Shown here: positions 28,301 through 38,376 of the stretch, in pieces
Numbering within the stretch: position 1 is the first letter of the stretch
Layout: each line of letters starts with the position of its first letter
DNA from: a virus
Taxonomy: Duplodnaviria > Caudoviricetes
Virus record (IMG/VR): IMGVR_UViG_3300022876_000002
Strand: one strand, 5' to 3'
Length of the DNA stretch: 64,000 nucleotides
Position numbers and translations under genes: made by a program
The notes under the pieces: generated by a model
Databases searched by the model: none
The model's input: only the letters and a program-made list of their open reading frames with translations
Told to the model about the DNA's origin: nothing

Positions 28301-28977
28301 AGTTTGGTAAAGACATGGGGGTTGTTGTAGTTCAACGAGTGGTCATTAACACGAGTGTTCTGGGCGTCACGTAGTGCGTACAGCTGATCAAAGAAAGCCT
28401 TGATCGGGGTAGAGATCTGCTGCCATGGGCCGTATGGACGCTGCTGGATGCTCTTAGCAATATGAACGAAAAAGCTAGTCAGCTCAAACCAACCAGTCAA
28501 TTCCGTCTTGATGTTGTGGTAGTGTAGCCCAGCTGGAAACGTTAGCGGGAGATCAATGATCTGGTTCCAGTCGACTGTACGTCCTGGGGTCTTCACTTTC
28601 TCCAGCAAGTCCTTGAGACCGTTACGCACCACGAAGTAAGCGCCAGTAGACTGGTAGCTAACAAACACTTTAGTGTTCGCTGCTAATACAGCATCCGACA
28701 GCCTTACGAAGCACATGATAGGACGCCCAGTAACCGCTACGAGAGGGATAAACTCTTCCTCTACCCAGTAATCGGTGTCACGGGTTAAAGCTACGCCAGC
28801 GGCGTTGTAGACGGTTACAATGGGTACCCCATTTGCAGGGTAGTCGCCAAAGAAAGGAGAGCCATTCGGGATAACCCATGGACAGGTCTTATCCTCGATT
28901 AGGATCTCTTCCTTAACGACTTTGTTGTTGGGGTTAGTACCCCGTACATCGAAGTCTTTAATTACTTTAATATCCAC
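25375..28977 (-). CDS. Tail fibre paralogue (1200 aa, phiKZ gp131-135-like family)
   Basis: Conserved N-terminal module, PPNISGSFEGLG, C-terminal RKGGIIPVSSG...ELLP. Confidence 0.85.
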   Translation of the reverse strand: MDIKVIKDFDVRGTNPNNKVVKEEILIEDKTCPWVIPNGSPFFGDYPANGVPIVTVYNAAGVALTRDTDYWVEEEFIPLVAVTGRPIMCFVRLSDAVLAANTKVFVSYQSTGAYFVVRNGLKDLLEKVKTPGRTVDWNQIIDLPLTFPAGLHYHNIKTELTGWFELTSFFVHIAKSIQQRPYGPWQQISTPIKAFFDQLYALRDAQNTRVNDHSLNYNNPHVFTKLMAEMDKHPNYATGNLADHVVGTAANLLATPEGVMAMIGDTTLNTDDSMDMGVMPISRYGGDSYIPPNISGSFEGLGGLSVSSAIVLEKSGLLMMVTAHNDGRNAGLYYSYCTEYDTTKANIVFTGFKYDAPSLSSRGFTPTTVIAGSNTDLIMVADLITSEYYLALANGTLEASAHQFVKMDMTAVWAKVGTTYKDNESRTNILRVGDYAILHIGNGAGINELSTFFKCPLSALANASDATWVHMPVTYKDYDGVQYTNADSYRPWVWQSAAPEAGYKRVGPTTFLQPATAVNKNGRTGCFAAKHATNSALGYICFIMYANASRLVNGAQATAQGEYSIAYQLNPVTGALIETSRPPTNEVDFVNLTQAQRDAQSQRFYRQFYNAVIQNSTASVTILDNGDILISTSGSGLNFPRSLTVCIYADRVSGADVMTKPMDKVAAPLAVSRNVVPVVMSPLLSGTTPSRATYEDDGELYMAQDLAANNRKVFFRTVTGPYAVRPELTNLTYSNVRSRPLTNDVFNTNLTYEDPPIGMSGSAAVLTAGNTECGSTSFSYMGYSSMGARHLFPRAALFKPPAANNMVLSCPRTHSKTIETAAKRVTYKADTFYGCRQDLLDKFKAMIPAEYTDYLPWSVSISLLQDVAGGAFKGLNLGVAIISFSDPSKAFMRLIHVLFRPVIENPNADHPDVYLLKDITELDRSAAHRSAANVRVAEQQLVIPGAVTQSSLQMYRDGNLIQGFSILPYSTNSVGTIYTRQTSYFVINTTTNKFEAMTAHSVGWSPGDLTVPIPKVGLADFRVGGTTTENGTLAFSTTIPPYEATGGVGRVFSRTNPDNSVDIYMGPTGYPAVGWTVFFQDGVTMMVNGTPYSVPGTSIDLRDIDSAPYNKTFYVYVTLEDRRGRYLISDTKLRHSARRMHVATITTSATQILTIERFQPFLIGDLELSSYRKGGIIPVSSGQPQVDGDFVFLKQSELLP

Positions 28978-28997
28978 TGTAACACCTTGAAGGTTAA

Positions 28998-29016
28998 TAG
29001 GGGGCTAGGCCCCCTA
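28998..29016. terminator. 8-bp hairpin between fibre genes
   Basis: tagggggc-tag-gcccccta. Confidence 0.45.
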
Positions 29017-29022
29017 CGGTGG

Positions 29023-32000
29023 TTACGGTAAGAGCTCACTCTGTTTGAGGAACACGAAGTTACCCTCAACCTGCGGCAAGCCCGTACTGACAGGAATGAT
29101 CCCGCCTTTACGGCTAGTGCTCAGTTCCAGGTCACCGATCAAGAAAGGCTGAAGCCGTTCGATGGTTAGGATCTGCGTAGCACTGGTAGTAACGGTAGCA
29201 ATGTGCATGCACCGCCCAGAGTGGCGTAGCTTGGTAGGTGTGATGACGTAACGACCTTTCTGGTCCTCCAGCGTGACGTAGATGTAGAACACCTTGTTAG
29301 CGGGACTAGGATCAATGCTCAACAGGTCGATCGTTTCACCCGGCATTTCGTAAGCAGTACCATTTATCATGATTCGGATACCGTCTTGGAAGAACAGAGT
29401 CCAGACTACGTCAGGATAAACAGTCGGCCCAATGTACCAATCAACAGTACCGTTATTGGGATCCGTACGGTGCAGTAATCGAGCCGCACCACCGGTATAG
29501 TCAAATACCGCTGGAGTAACTGTGTTGATACGCGAGTTATCCACCCCGCCAGTAAGACCCACGTCACTCATCCCAACCTTCGGGATAGGTGCGCACAGGT
29601 CCGGAACAGACCAGGATGCTTGATACGAGTAAATGTTCTCGAACTTGTTAGTTGAGATATCTACGTCAAACCGTGCAGTCTGTCTCGTGTAGATGGTCGA
29701 TGTAGTGTTGGAGGTATACGGGTTCATGATGTAGAACAACAGTTTGTTGCCATCACGGTAAATGTACACTCCGGCTTTGGCTCGTGCACCAATAAGACCT
29801 AGCAGGTTTTGTTCCGGAATACGAATGTTGAGACAGGAACTCCAAGCTGCGGTTACATCCAGTACGGTAATGTCTTTAATCCAGTGCACATCAGGATGAT
29901 CAGCATTGGGTTCTTCTACTACCGGGTGGAACAGCACAAACATCTGTCTGGAGAAAGACCGACTAGGTTCGTGGAATGCAATTACCGCAACACCCAGGTT
30001 CAGTCCCTTGAACATTCCACCGACCTCGTTGCCGAGCATGTGGAAACATACCGACCACGGAGTGTAGTTAGTGAACTGGGCTGGGATCATCGCTTGCATT
30101 TTGTCGATGAGCGCCTGACGCACACCGTAGAAACTATCCGGTTTGTAAGTAGCACGCTTGGTGCTGTCATCCAGGACCTTGCTAAAAGTCCTAGGGCAAG
30201 ACAGCAACATACCGTTGGCCGCAGGAGCCAAGAAAGCACCAGTACGCGGGTATGAATGGCCAGCACCCATACTGCTATAACCCATCGATGCTAACGAGGT
30301 GCTACCACACTCCACACCACCTGCTGTAAGTTCAGCAGCACTACCAGTAATCCCGATTGGGGTCTCGTAATAAGCCATGTTAGTCAAATACACGTCGTTG
30401 GTTAACGGACGCGACTTGATGTTATCTACGGTGGTGTTTGTTACCTGTGGCCTTACAGCGTACGGGCCAGTCACCTTACGGAAGAACGTTCTGCGGGTGT
30501 TGGTGACTGGGTCAGTTGCAGAGTAGAGTTCCCCGTCCGGTTCAAAGGTCATGCTTCCAGGGAACACACCGCTAAGCAATGGAGACCCCACCGTCTGACT
30601 AATACGTTTTTGGTACTCAATCGGGCTGAAGATAATGTCCATACGTTGCGACAGGACTTCAGCAGCACTCTTACGGTTCTCGTAAACCAACTTGGTCATA
30701 TATGCCGGGAAGTTGTTACCCCCAGACGAGGTAGCCATCAGGATTTCACCCGTACTGAGTATAACCCCGCACGATCCTGCTGCTTGTCCATAACCGTCGT
30801 AGAACTGATAATAGTGCTGACGAGTGTAGTCGTCTCGTTGAGCCTGCGTTGTGTTCTCGAAATCAGCGGTCCACGAAGGTGTACGGAACACCTCGGTTAG
30901 CACACCGGTAGCTGGGTTAAGCTCATATCCCGTACCAAGTACAGCGGACACAGTACGTGTATCCGAAGCTGTCCGATAACTGGCGTTGTTACCTTGCAGA
31001 ATGAACAAGTACTCTGACACAGAGTCATTGGGCTTCTTGCCATTCAGGAACATCGTCTTACCACCACGGTTGGTCGACAGTGGCGTTTGTGCGTAAGTGA
31101 TTGGACCCCAACGTTTAACTACACCGTTTTCCAACACTTGCTTCATTGGCTGGAAACGCTCTACCCCGGTATACTGAGTGCCCTCGTAGTCTTTATACGT
31201 TAAGAGGATTTGCTCCCATTGCAGGAGGTTATTGGCTTCTTTGAAACGCGCCACCGGGATCTTGAAGAACAAGTGGATATCTTGGTTACTGGTGCCAGGG
31301 GAAATAATCAGCACCACGTACTCACCAATCAGGTGGATGCTCATCCGATTGTCGCTGTTGGCATAGACGGACAGTACTTGCTTACCTTTAGCTAATACTG
31401 GGGCCATGTCCACTTCCGTGTAGATGTGGGCTGCTGCATCCAGTGTGCCGTTGGTCAGTGCTACAAACCAACGATCTAATTTGTCATCACCAACCATGAT
31501 AACCCGGTGGTTGCTACCACCGATTACTGACGTAGGGTTGAACCCTTTACTTAACAGTGACGGTGCGTCGTATTTAAAACCGGTATAGGTGATCTTGGGG
31601 TTATCCGACTGGAACTCGGTTACCTGTGAGTAGTACAACCCCTCGTTACGCCCATCGTTGTGCGGAGTCAGCATCATGACGATCCCGGATTTCTCCAGAC
31701 AGAAAGCCGAAGACACCGACAAAGACCCAAGGCCCTCAAAGCTACCGGAGATGTTTGGGGGAATGAACGAGTCACCACCAAACTTACTGACGGGCATTAC
31801 TCCTACGTCCATGGACATCGACGTATCTGTCAGGGTTTGCTCTACCAGGTTGTACACACCATCTGGAGTAGCCAACAGGTTAGCAGCAGTACCAGCGTTA
31901 TGGTCTGCTTGCGTACCCGTTGCATAGTTCGGGTGGTTACCCAAATCCAGATCAGCTTTAACAATAACGTGAGCGTTATTGTAGTTAGCTGCGTGGGTGT

Positions 32001-32631
32001 TGATCTTGGTGTTGTTGGTATCCCGCAGGGCATACAGCTGGTCAAAGAAGACTTTAACAGCAGGGCTGATCTCACCAACGTCACCTAAGTCGCGCAGGTT
32101 AACGTTGTTGGTCATATGCTTGAAAAACCCGGTCATCTCAAACCAGTCACCGATCTCGGTACGTACCGAGTGCAAGTGACGGCTAGCAGGGTACCCATCA
32201 GGCAGACCGATGATTTGCGACCAGTCCCATTTGCGACCAGGCATCGACGTCTGCGCTAACAGTTCCTTCAAGCCATTACGAATTACAAAATACGCACCTA
32301 CCGATTGGTAAGTTACAAAGACTTTCTTGTTGGCTTCCAGAATTGCATCGGATAACCGGATGAAACACATGATAGGACGTCCAGAGACGACCACTAAGGG
32401 CATGAACTCTTCTTCGATGAAGTAGTCCCGGTCCCGTTTTAATTCGCCACCATCCTCGTTATAGACGATGGTAAGGGGTTGTTGTGCCCCGGTGGGGTAA
32501 TCCCCAAAGAACGGCGACCCGTTAGGAATAACCCAAGGGCAGCCGTCTTCAATCGTAATCTCTTCTTTTACTACTTTGTTAGCCGGGTTAGTCCCCCGGA
32601 TATCGAAGGTATTGATCAGCTTAATATCCAC
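29023..32631 (-). CDS. Tail fibre paralogue (1202 aa)
   Basis: Collinear with 25375..28977 from MDIK to QSELLP. Confidence 0.85.
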   Translation of the reverse strand: MDIKLINTFDIRGTNPANKVVKEEITIEDGCPWVIPNGSPFFGDYPTGAQQPLTIVYNEDGGELKRDRDYFIEEEFMPLVVVSGRPIMCFIRLSDAILEANKKVFVTYQSVGAYFVIRNGLKELLAQTSMPGRKWDWSQIIGLPDGYPASRHLHSVRTEIGDWFEMTGFFKHMTNNVNLRDLGDVGEISPAVKVFFDQLYALRDTNNTKINTHAANYNNAHVIVKADLDLGNHPNYATGTQADHNAGTAANLLATPDGVYNLVEQTLTDTSMSMDVGVMPVSKFGGDSFIPPNISGSFEGLGSLSVSSAFCLEKSGIVMMLTPHNDGRNEGLYYSQVTEFQSDNPKITYTGFKYDAPSLLSKGFNPTSVIGGSNHRVIMVGDDKLDRWFVALTNGTLDAAAHIYTEVDMAPVLAKGKQVLSVYANSDNRMSIHLIGEYVVLIISPGTSNQDIHLFFKIPVARFKEANNLLQWEQILLTYKDYEGTQYTGVERFQPMKQVLENGVVKRWGPITYAQTPLSTNRGGKTMFLNGKKPNDSVSEYLFILQGNNASYRTASDTRTVSAVLGTGYELNPATGVLTEVFRTPSWTADFENTTQAQRDDYTRQHYYQFYDGYGQAAGSCGVILSTGEILMATSSGGNNFPAYMTKLVYENRKSAAEVLSQRMDIIFSPIEYQKRISQTVGSPLLSGVFPGSMTFEPDGELYSATDPVTNTRRTFFRKVTGPYAVRPQVTNTTVDNIKSRPLTNDVYLTNMAYYETPIGITGSAAELTAGGVECGSTSLASMGYSSMGAGHSYPRTGAFLAPAANGMLLSCPRTFSKVLDDSTKRATYKPDSFYGVRQALIDKMQAMIPAQFTNYTPWSVCFHMLGNEVGGMFKGLNLGVAVIAFHEPSRSFSRQMFVLFHPVVEEPNADHPDVHWIKDITVLDVTAAWSSCLNIRIPEQNLLGLIGARAKAGVYIYRDGNKLLFYIMNPYTSNTTSTIYTRQTARFDVDISTNKFENIYSYQASWSVPDLCAPIPKVGMSDVGLTGGVDNSRINTVTPAVFDYTGGAARLLHRTDPNNGTVDWYIGPTVYPDVVWTLFFQDGIRIMINGTAYEMPGETIDLLSIDPSPANKVFYIYVTLEDQKGRYVITPTKLRHSGRCMHIATVTTSATQILTIERLQPFLIGDLELSTSRKGGIIPVSTGLPQVEGNFVFLKQSELLP

Positions 32632-32651
32632 TTTTGCACCTTAGAGGTTAA

Positions 32652-32681
32652 TAGGAGGAAAGGGTATCCCCCTTCCTCCTA
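32652..32681. terminator. Imperfect hairpin between fibre genes
   Basis: taggaggaa...ttcctccta. Confidence 0.45.
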
Positions 32682-32687
32682 GGGTGG

Positions 32688-35600
32688 TTAAGGGATAAGT
32701 TCGTTATCTCGAATCCATGGCAGCTGACCTTCTTTGCTAGCAAGACCAGAAGTCGCAGGGATAGCACCACCACGTTTGATTTCAGATACGCGGTTGCCGT
32801 TGATGGCGAATACGTTGAAACGTTCAATCTCAATGATCTGCGTAGCGTTGGTGGTTACCTTGGCTACCCAAACTTGGAACGGCGATTCAAGTCGCTGGTC
32901 CTGAGCAATCACGTAGGTGGCTTTACCGTCTTCCACCATTGCGTAGATATAGAACGTCTTGTTACCAGGTGATGGATCAATTGTCCGAAGGTCAACCGAG
33001 CCCACCGGGAACGTATACGGGATACCGTTGAACACCGCCTGAATTTCAGTCTGGAAATACAGGAACCAACCGGACTGTGGGTAAACCGAACCCAGCAGGT
33101 AGTTAATACCATTCCCGTTGTAAGACTCGAAGATCGTAGCAGCACCACCGGTAGTTGTGATGTGCGGATAAGCTTGCACCACACCGCCGTCAGGAACAAC
33201 TGCTTGGTGGTTACCACCACCAGACTGACCGATGATGTAACCAATTACGTCACCAGGTGTTGCAGACCAACGCTTACTGGCACGATCGGTGTATTTAAAG
33301 AGGAACTTAACTACCAACGCGTCACCGATACCTGCTGCCTGGATACCTGCGTCTACATAACCATGTACGGTATTACCGTCTACGTAATAACCTACACGCA
33401 TGGCACCATGGGTGCCGTTTGGTTGGTTACCGCCTAGTGCCACATCCCACTTAGTAGGAGTGAGATCAGCGGCTACGTTGTCGATACCTTCACCATAATG
33501 GATTTTGTCCAACACGGTGTAGTTAGTGACAGTCTTGTCCGTACCACCGGAGTAGGTAGGGGCAATAGACATCAGGGTGGTGCGTCGTTGGGTGGTCCCG
33601 ACCTTTGCCCAACTGATTACCACAAACACTGGTAACCAACCGAACTTGGTAGTAAGTGGTCCACCGGTAGGATCGCATACCTGCACGATAACGGTAGGAC
33701 AAATTGCAAGGCCTGCTGGATCAGCCACCTCGTTCTTAAAGCGATCAACGATTGCTTTAGGGTAGAGGATGGTCCCATTAGGTACTACCGTGCATTCGAG
33801 GTTGGCCTCGTTGCGGATAGTGTGATCCACCATCAGCTTGATGTCATCCAGGTCCGCAGTGGTAGGCCATTGTCCAGGTAAAGTACCACCATTCTGCCAA
33901 CGAGTCTGTGTGGCAAAGCAGAACGTAGCCAGACCGGCATCCGTGATACCTGCCAACGAAGCAGACGGACCCGTAACTGTAGCCCCACCCATGGTAGATG
34001 GGCCACGGACTTCACGTACGTCGTTAGATAACGGCCGTGCGTAAATGTTACCCAGGTACAGGTTAGTCACGTTAGCCTGTGGCGCAAGCTTACCAGGCGA
34101 AGACCGGTAATACAAACGGTTGAAAGTCAAAGTGGCTGGGTCCGCTGCACAGAAGAAGTCACCTTTGTTACCCAGCAAGAAGGACCTTGGTTTGACCGAA
34201 GACTTCAATGGACTGACGATCTCTTCCATTTGGTCTATGTACTGTTCCAGTTCACCCATCCCAAGGTTCCAACCGCGGTTCATCATTGCCCAGCGAGATT
34301 TAGCCGCTTTAGCACGGTACATGATAAAGCCACGCGGGAACGACTGGTATGCGGCAGTAGAACAGATCAGCGTGCCGTCTTCGAGTATAACCGAACCTTG
34401 TTCTTTGTCGAGGAACACCAGGCCGAACATGGAGTTGGCCAACTCGTGATCACCGGCAGTAAAGTCTACTGGAGCGGTCTTCGGTGTTTGGCGCACTAAC
34501 GTCATGACGTTAGTGGCCGGATCAATCTCGTACACCATCTCGATCATGCAGTTAAAGGTTTGCGACAAATTGGGAATGGTGTAGTTAGCCCACCATGCCG
34601 AAGCAAACCGCAATTGGTATTTACCAGGCTTGGTCGGAATCTCACAAGCGTAAGACGGTTGTGAGCGATAACTACCAGTACTCCTAACGCCGGTAGTCTG
34701 CACGAAGGTGAAATACCATTTGCTGTACTCGTCTGGTGTGCCGCCTGGTACAGGTACCGGAGTACCCCAACGCCAGTAAGGCTGGTTGGTTACCTGAACG
34801 TTGTCACCATCCCGATAAGTGAGGTTGACCGGAGTAAACGCCACTGGGTTGGTTAACTGTACAGTTGCCTTAGGTGCACGGAAGCAATGACGGAAGTTGT
34901 TACCAGCAGGGTACGGTGCGGTTCTGTTCACATACGGTGATGCAGCAAACAGATAGATCCAGTCGCCCATGCTGACAATCGACATCTGCCCAACCCAGGA
35001 CAACAGGTTATCAGAGCCTTCTGGGAAAACGGCTTTAACCGCAGACATGTCTACTAAAGAGTAAACGTGTTTGCCAGGATCCAACGTACCGTTAGTCAGA
35101 CCCAGGAAGAACTTGCCGTTAAGCGAGTCCATTACCATGATGATCTCACTACCCGAGCCCTGAACAACACGGTCCGGGTTGCTATTCTCAGCTTTGAACT
35201 TTTGGTGTTCGTACTGGTAAGCGGAGTAGGTACGTTTTGGGTTCACATACGGGTTGGTAATGGTCGAGAAATACAGACCCTGGACACGACCGTCCATGCG
35301 GTTCTCGAGCATAACGATAGTACCGTCGGTTTCCATGCAGATGGCTGCGGATTCCGAGATACCACCCAGACCTTCAAACGAACCAGCGATCGATGGTGGA
35401 ATGAAGTTACTGTTACCAAACTGCGAGATGGGCAACTGGTTGACTGGCAACAGTTTATCCAGATCAGCCGCTTGGGTACGGATGATCGCTTTCAGCCCGG
35501 TTGGGGTCAAGTGTTTGTCGCTACGCTTGACCAGCGCGTCTTGACCACGTACAGTGCCGAAGTTATCTACCAGCGGCAGACCGATGTGACCTTTATTAAG

Positions 35601-36248
35601 GCCGTGGGCGTTGTAGGCTGCTTTGTGGGCATCCAGTTTAGCCTTGATCTCGGTCTTGTATGCGTTGAGGTAGTTGGTGAACGTATTGAAGTAGTGCGAG
35701 ATTTTCGCCTCTACTACTGTACGCCCCTGGGTCTTGGCGATGGTGAGCACACCGTCTACCAGATCCACGAAGTCTTTGAAATACATGATATCGTAGATCA
35801 GGCTGTGGCCGTGCAGCTTAGGTTTAAACCACTCTGGCTTGTTACGGATCTGATCCCACGATACCTTGTCGATATCCTGACCAACCATCTCGGCGATCAT
35901 TTGCATCAGGGACTCATCGAACAGACTGAACTCCCCGACGATATCGTAATCAATGAACCCCGACAGGACTTCGGTATTCATTACTTCAATCATGCAAGTT
36001 ACCGACGTAGCGGTAAGCTCGGTCAGTGCTGGCATGATCTTGAAAATACGCCAGTCCTTACCAGGAATCAGTTCCTGGAGGTTGGCGTTGTACAGACGCA
36101 CACTCTTGGCGAATGCTGGTGCATGCCGCGGTACCAAGATACGGCTGTAGGTACTACGCTCTAAAGTGAACGGTTCCCCTCGTTTCTGGTTATCCGGGTT
36201 TACATGCAGCAGGTCTGTTTTGTATTCGGGAACTAAGGGGAAGTTCAT
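32688..36248 (-). CDS. Tail fibre paralogue (1186 aa)
   Basis: PPSIAGSFEGLG; C-terminal KRGGAIPATSG...ELIP. Confidence 0.85.
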   Translation of the reverse strand: MNFPLVPEYKTDLLHVNPDNQKRGEPFTLERSTYSRILVPRHAPAFAKSVRLYNANLQELIPGKDWRIFKIMPALTELTATSVTCMIEVMNTEVLSGFIDYDIVGEFSLFDESLMQMIAEMVGQDIDKVSWDQIRNKPEWFKPKLHGHSLIYDIMYFKDFVDLVDGVLTIAKTQGRTVVEAKISHYFNTFTNYLNAYKTEIKAKLDAHKAAYNAHGLNKGHIGLPLVDNFGTVRGQDALVKRSDKHLTPTGLKAIIRTQAADLDKLLPVNQLPISQFGNSNFIPPSIAGSFEGLGGISESAAICMETDGTIVMLENRMDGRVQGLYFSTITNPYVNPKRTYSAYQYEHQKFKAENSNPDRVVQGSGSEIIMVMDSLNGKFFLGLTNGTLDPGKHVYSLVDMSAVKAVFPEGSDNLLSWVGQMSIVSMGDWIYLFAASPYVNRTAPYPAGNNFRHCFRAPKATVQLTNPVAFTPVNLTYRDGDNVQVTNQPYWRWGTPVPVPGGTPDEYSKWYFTFVQTTGVRSTGSYRSQPSYACEIPTKPGKYQLRFASAWWANYTIPNLSQTFNCMIEMVYEIDPATNVMTLVRQTPKTAPVDFTAGDHELANSMFGLVFLDKEQGSVILEDGTLICSTAAYQSFPRGFIMYRAKAAKSRWAMMNRGWNLGMGELEQYIDQMEEIVSPLKSSVKPRSFLLGNKGDFFCAADPATLTFNRLYYRSSPGKLAPQANVTNLYLGNIYARPLSNDVREVRGPSTMGGATVTGPSASLAGITDAGLATFCFATQTRWQNGGTLPGQWPTTADLDDIKLMVDHTIRNEANLECTVVPNGTILYPKAIVDRFKNEVADPAGLAICPTVIVQVCDPTGGPLTTKFGWLPVFVVISWAKVGTTQRRTTLMSIAPTYSGGTDKTVTNYTVLDKIHYGEGIDNVAADLTPTKWDVALGGNQPNGTHGAMRVGYYVDGNTVHGYVDAGIQAAGIGDALVVKFLFKYTDRASKRWSATPGDVIGYIIGQSGGGNHQAVVPDGGVVQAYPHITTTGGAATIFESYNGNGINYLLGSVYPQSGWFLYFQTEIQAVFNGIPYTFPVGSVDLRTIDPSPGNKTFYIYAMVEDGKATYVIAQDQRLESPFQVWVAKVTTNATQIIEIERFNVFAINGNRVSEIKRGGAIPATSGLASKEGQLPWIRDNELIP

Positions 36249-36259
36249 TAGCGAGCACC

Positions 36260-37024
36260 TTAATTCAAATCGAGAGTGGAACCGTCGTATTTACGGAAGG
36301 CTTCTTTGAGTACTTCGATGGTAACCGCAATGGTAGGACTGTTGCCTGCCAGGTCGGAGATCTTCGCTGGCATCAGGTTACCTACGTCAGACAGACCCAG
36401 GTCGGTCTTGTTAGCCGGGTGCGCTTCTGGCAGACGCTTGTTCATGTGTTCTTCCAGCAACGACAGCACACTGGAGGAGTCCTGGGTGTTGGTAAGTACC
36501 ATGATCAGGCTCTTGAACGCAGTGTACATTTCCAGCCAGTCGTAGGTCTGAGTGATTGGCTGTTGGTGTGGGTCTGCCGGGAAGTCATCTGGTACGTTAA
36601 CCAGAGCACTCCAGTCTACCGAACGTGGGGTTACCAGGACGTCACCTACCACCTTAGCAAATGCGGTATCGTCCAGAATGAATGGACCACCAATGGTGTC
36701 ATAGGAAGCCAGCAGGGCTTCGTTAGGGTAGTCCTTGAGCAGTACGATAGCGCCAAATACGTTACGGCTGTATTTCAGGATGAAACGACTGAAGTCGTGT
36801 GCAAATACGTAGTCTTGGCCAGGTACCAATGCAGTCTGGCTACCTTGGCGGCGGAGTACAAATTTCTGGCCTTGGCCAGCCAAAGGAGCGTTGGGATAGA
36901 AAGGGCCGTAACGGGGTACAAACACCTTACGGGTGTTGTCCGAAGAGGTTTTAATTACTTCATCAGTGATTCGGCAATCGATGCGTTCCTGGAAGGGGTT
37001 CCAAGGGTAAGTAATAGCAGCCAT
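36260..37024 (-). CDS. Short fibre-family protein (254 aa), N-terminal module only
   Basis: VPRYGPFY, SYDTIGG, PRSVDWSALVNVPDDFPADPH and HPANKTDLGL match the N-termini of the long paralogues. Confidence 0.85.
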   Translation of the reverse strand: MAAITYPWNPFQERIDCRITDEVIKTSSDNTRKVFVPRYGPFYPNAPLAGQGQKFVLRRQGSQTALVPGQDYVFAHDFSRFILKYSRNVFGAIVLLKDYPNEALLASYDTIGGPFILDDTAFAKVVGDVLVTPRSVDWSALVNVPDDFPADPHQQPITQTYDWLEMYTAFKSLIMVLTNTQDSSSVLSLLEEHMNKRLPEAHPANKTDLGLSDVGNLMPAKISDLAGNSPTIAVTIEVLKEAFRKYDGSTLDLN

Positions 37025-37074
37025 TTACAGGTCTCCCAGGGCATTTTATAGTCTACCCTATTAATAAAAGGCCA

Positions 37075-37091
37075 CCTATACGCAGTATAGG
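37075..37091. promoter_or_regulatory. Hairpin in divergent intergenic region
   Basis: cctatac-gca-gtatagg between divergently transcribed structural genes. Confidence 0.3.
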
Positions 37092-37132
37092 GGCGGTCTC
37101 AGGTCATATAATTCAGAGGAGTCAGCGCCTTT

Positions 37133-38374
37133 ATGTACACTTATCAAAGGGCGGTTGGCGTTAGCCGGCGAGCACCGCAAGGTGAGGAACTCGTCGATAT
37201 CAGCGCCATGGCGTGCAATAAATTATTTACTGAGTACAGTCGTTTAATCATTGTAGTTACGGACGGCCTGGCTAACAACCGTCAAGTGGCTATTGATCTC
37301 CAGAACTATTACGTGGAAATGGGTAGCTATTCCGGTAAGATCCAACAGTGGCTCACCAGCAAAGCTACTACGGTGTTGATCACTAGCAACGTACTGCCAG
37401 GCGACCGCTACCGGTTCGTGACTACCCACGACATCCAGTATCGTTGGTTCAGCCTCAAGCCCGGTAATGCTGACATGGGCGACGGACACCAAGACTCCTT
37501 GGACACTGTAGAGGCCCCGGATATCCGTGTAGTTAAAACGGATAACAGCGACGTAGATTTCGATGCACTGGTTAACCGTGGGTTGTTCACCATCAATGGT
37601 CACTTAGTGCGTGCAGTTAAAGGTAATCGTTGTGCCTACTTGCTGAACGCTGGTAAACACTTCAACGTGTATGATAACATCCACGTCAACTACCTTAACT
37701 TCAACACTGTGTCTACCCTGAAGACTTATCCGATCACCGAGACGGATATTGACTTCAAAGAGATCAACGGTATTCCTTTCTTGCATGTGAAGTCCCCAGT
37801 CAATATGTCTGGTAAGACTTGCTTGATGTCCATTGGCGGGCGACTGTATCTGAATGATGTGGCCATGCCCACTGGTGACACTACCTTTGCGATCAACATC
37901 AACAAGGTAGACTGGTTCTCTGCTATCTTCGACTCCAAGGAGTTGATCGACCTTAGTAGTGTCATCGCTAAGGAACGCATGGTAGTGGATAAAGGGTTCT
38001 TCCGTACCAAAGAGTTTTTCACTAAGCTGTTAACTGACAAATCGTCTTTCACTATTGTCCTGGATAACCCATATCTGGACATCAGTGTTAAGCCCATGGT
38101 CAATTACCTGTACCCATTCACCTACCATACCGAGGAAACCAAGCAGTTACCGATTTTGACTGGTAACGGTTTGTTGCCTAAGTATTTCACCAGAAGGATC
38201 ATCAACCGACGACTACTAGATATCGACATAGGAGTTCAAAAGTTATACGTAAACAAAACTACCGGTATCCAGAACGGAGGGGATCTTTACCACGGCTTTA
38301 AGAGCAAGTACGCCCCCAGCCGATTACACCCTGGTTACTTGTTATATATCCGTGCCATCATCCAAGGTACCTAA
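37133..38374 (+). CDS. Virion structural protein (phiKZ gp130-like, 413 aa)
   Basis: Long ORF with AGGAG RBS; position beside the fibre cluster as recalled for phiKZ-like phages. Confidence 0.7.
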   Translation: MYTYQRAVGVSRRAPQGEELVDISAMACNKLFTEYSRLIIVVTDGLANNRQVAIDLQNYYVEMGSYSGKIQQWLTSKATTVLITSNVLPGDRYRFVTTHDIQYRWFSLKPGNADMGDGHQDSLDTVEAPDIRVVKTDNSDVDFDALVNRGLFTINGHLVRAVKGNRCAYLLNAGKHFNVYDNIHVNYLNFNTVSTLKTYPITETDIDFKEINGIPFLHVKSPVNMSGKTCLMSIGGRLYLNDVAMPTGDTTFAININKVDWFSAIFDSKELIDLSSVIAKERMVVDKGFFRTKEFFTKLLTDKSSFTIVLDNPYLDISVKPMVNYLYPFTYHTEETKQLPILTGNGLLPKYFTRRIINRRLLDIDIGVQKLYVNKTTGIQNGGDLYHGFKSKYAPSRLHPGYLLYIRAIIQGT

Positions 38375-38376
38375 AC

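Noticed and set aside
25375-32631. Near-identical 3' ends of fibre genes as a possible diversity-generating retroelement
   Set aside because: Differences are mostly synonymous and not adenine-specific, both copies are coding, and no reverse transcriptase is in the window.
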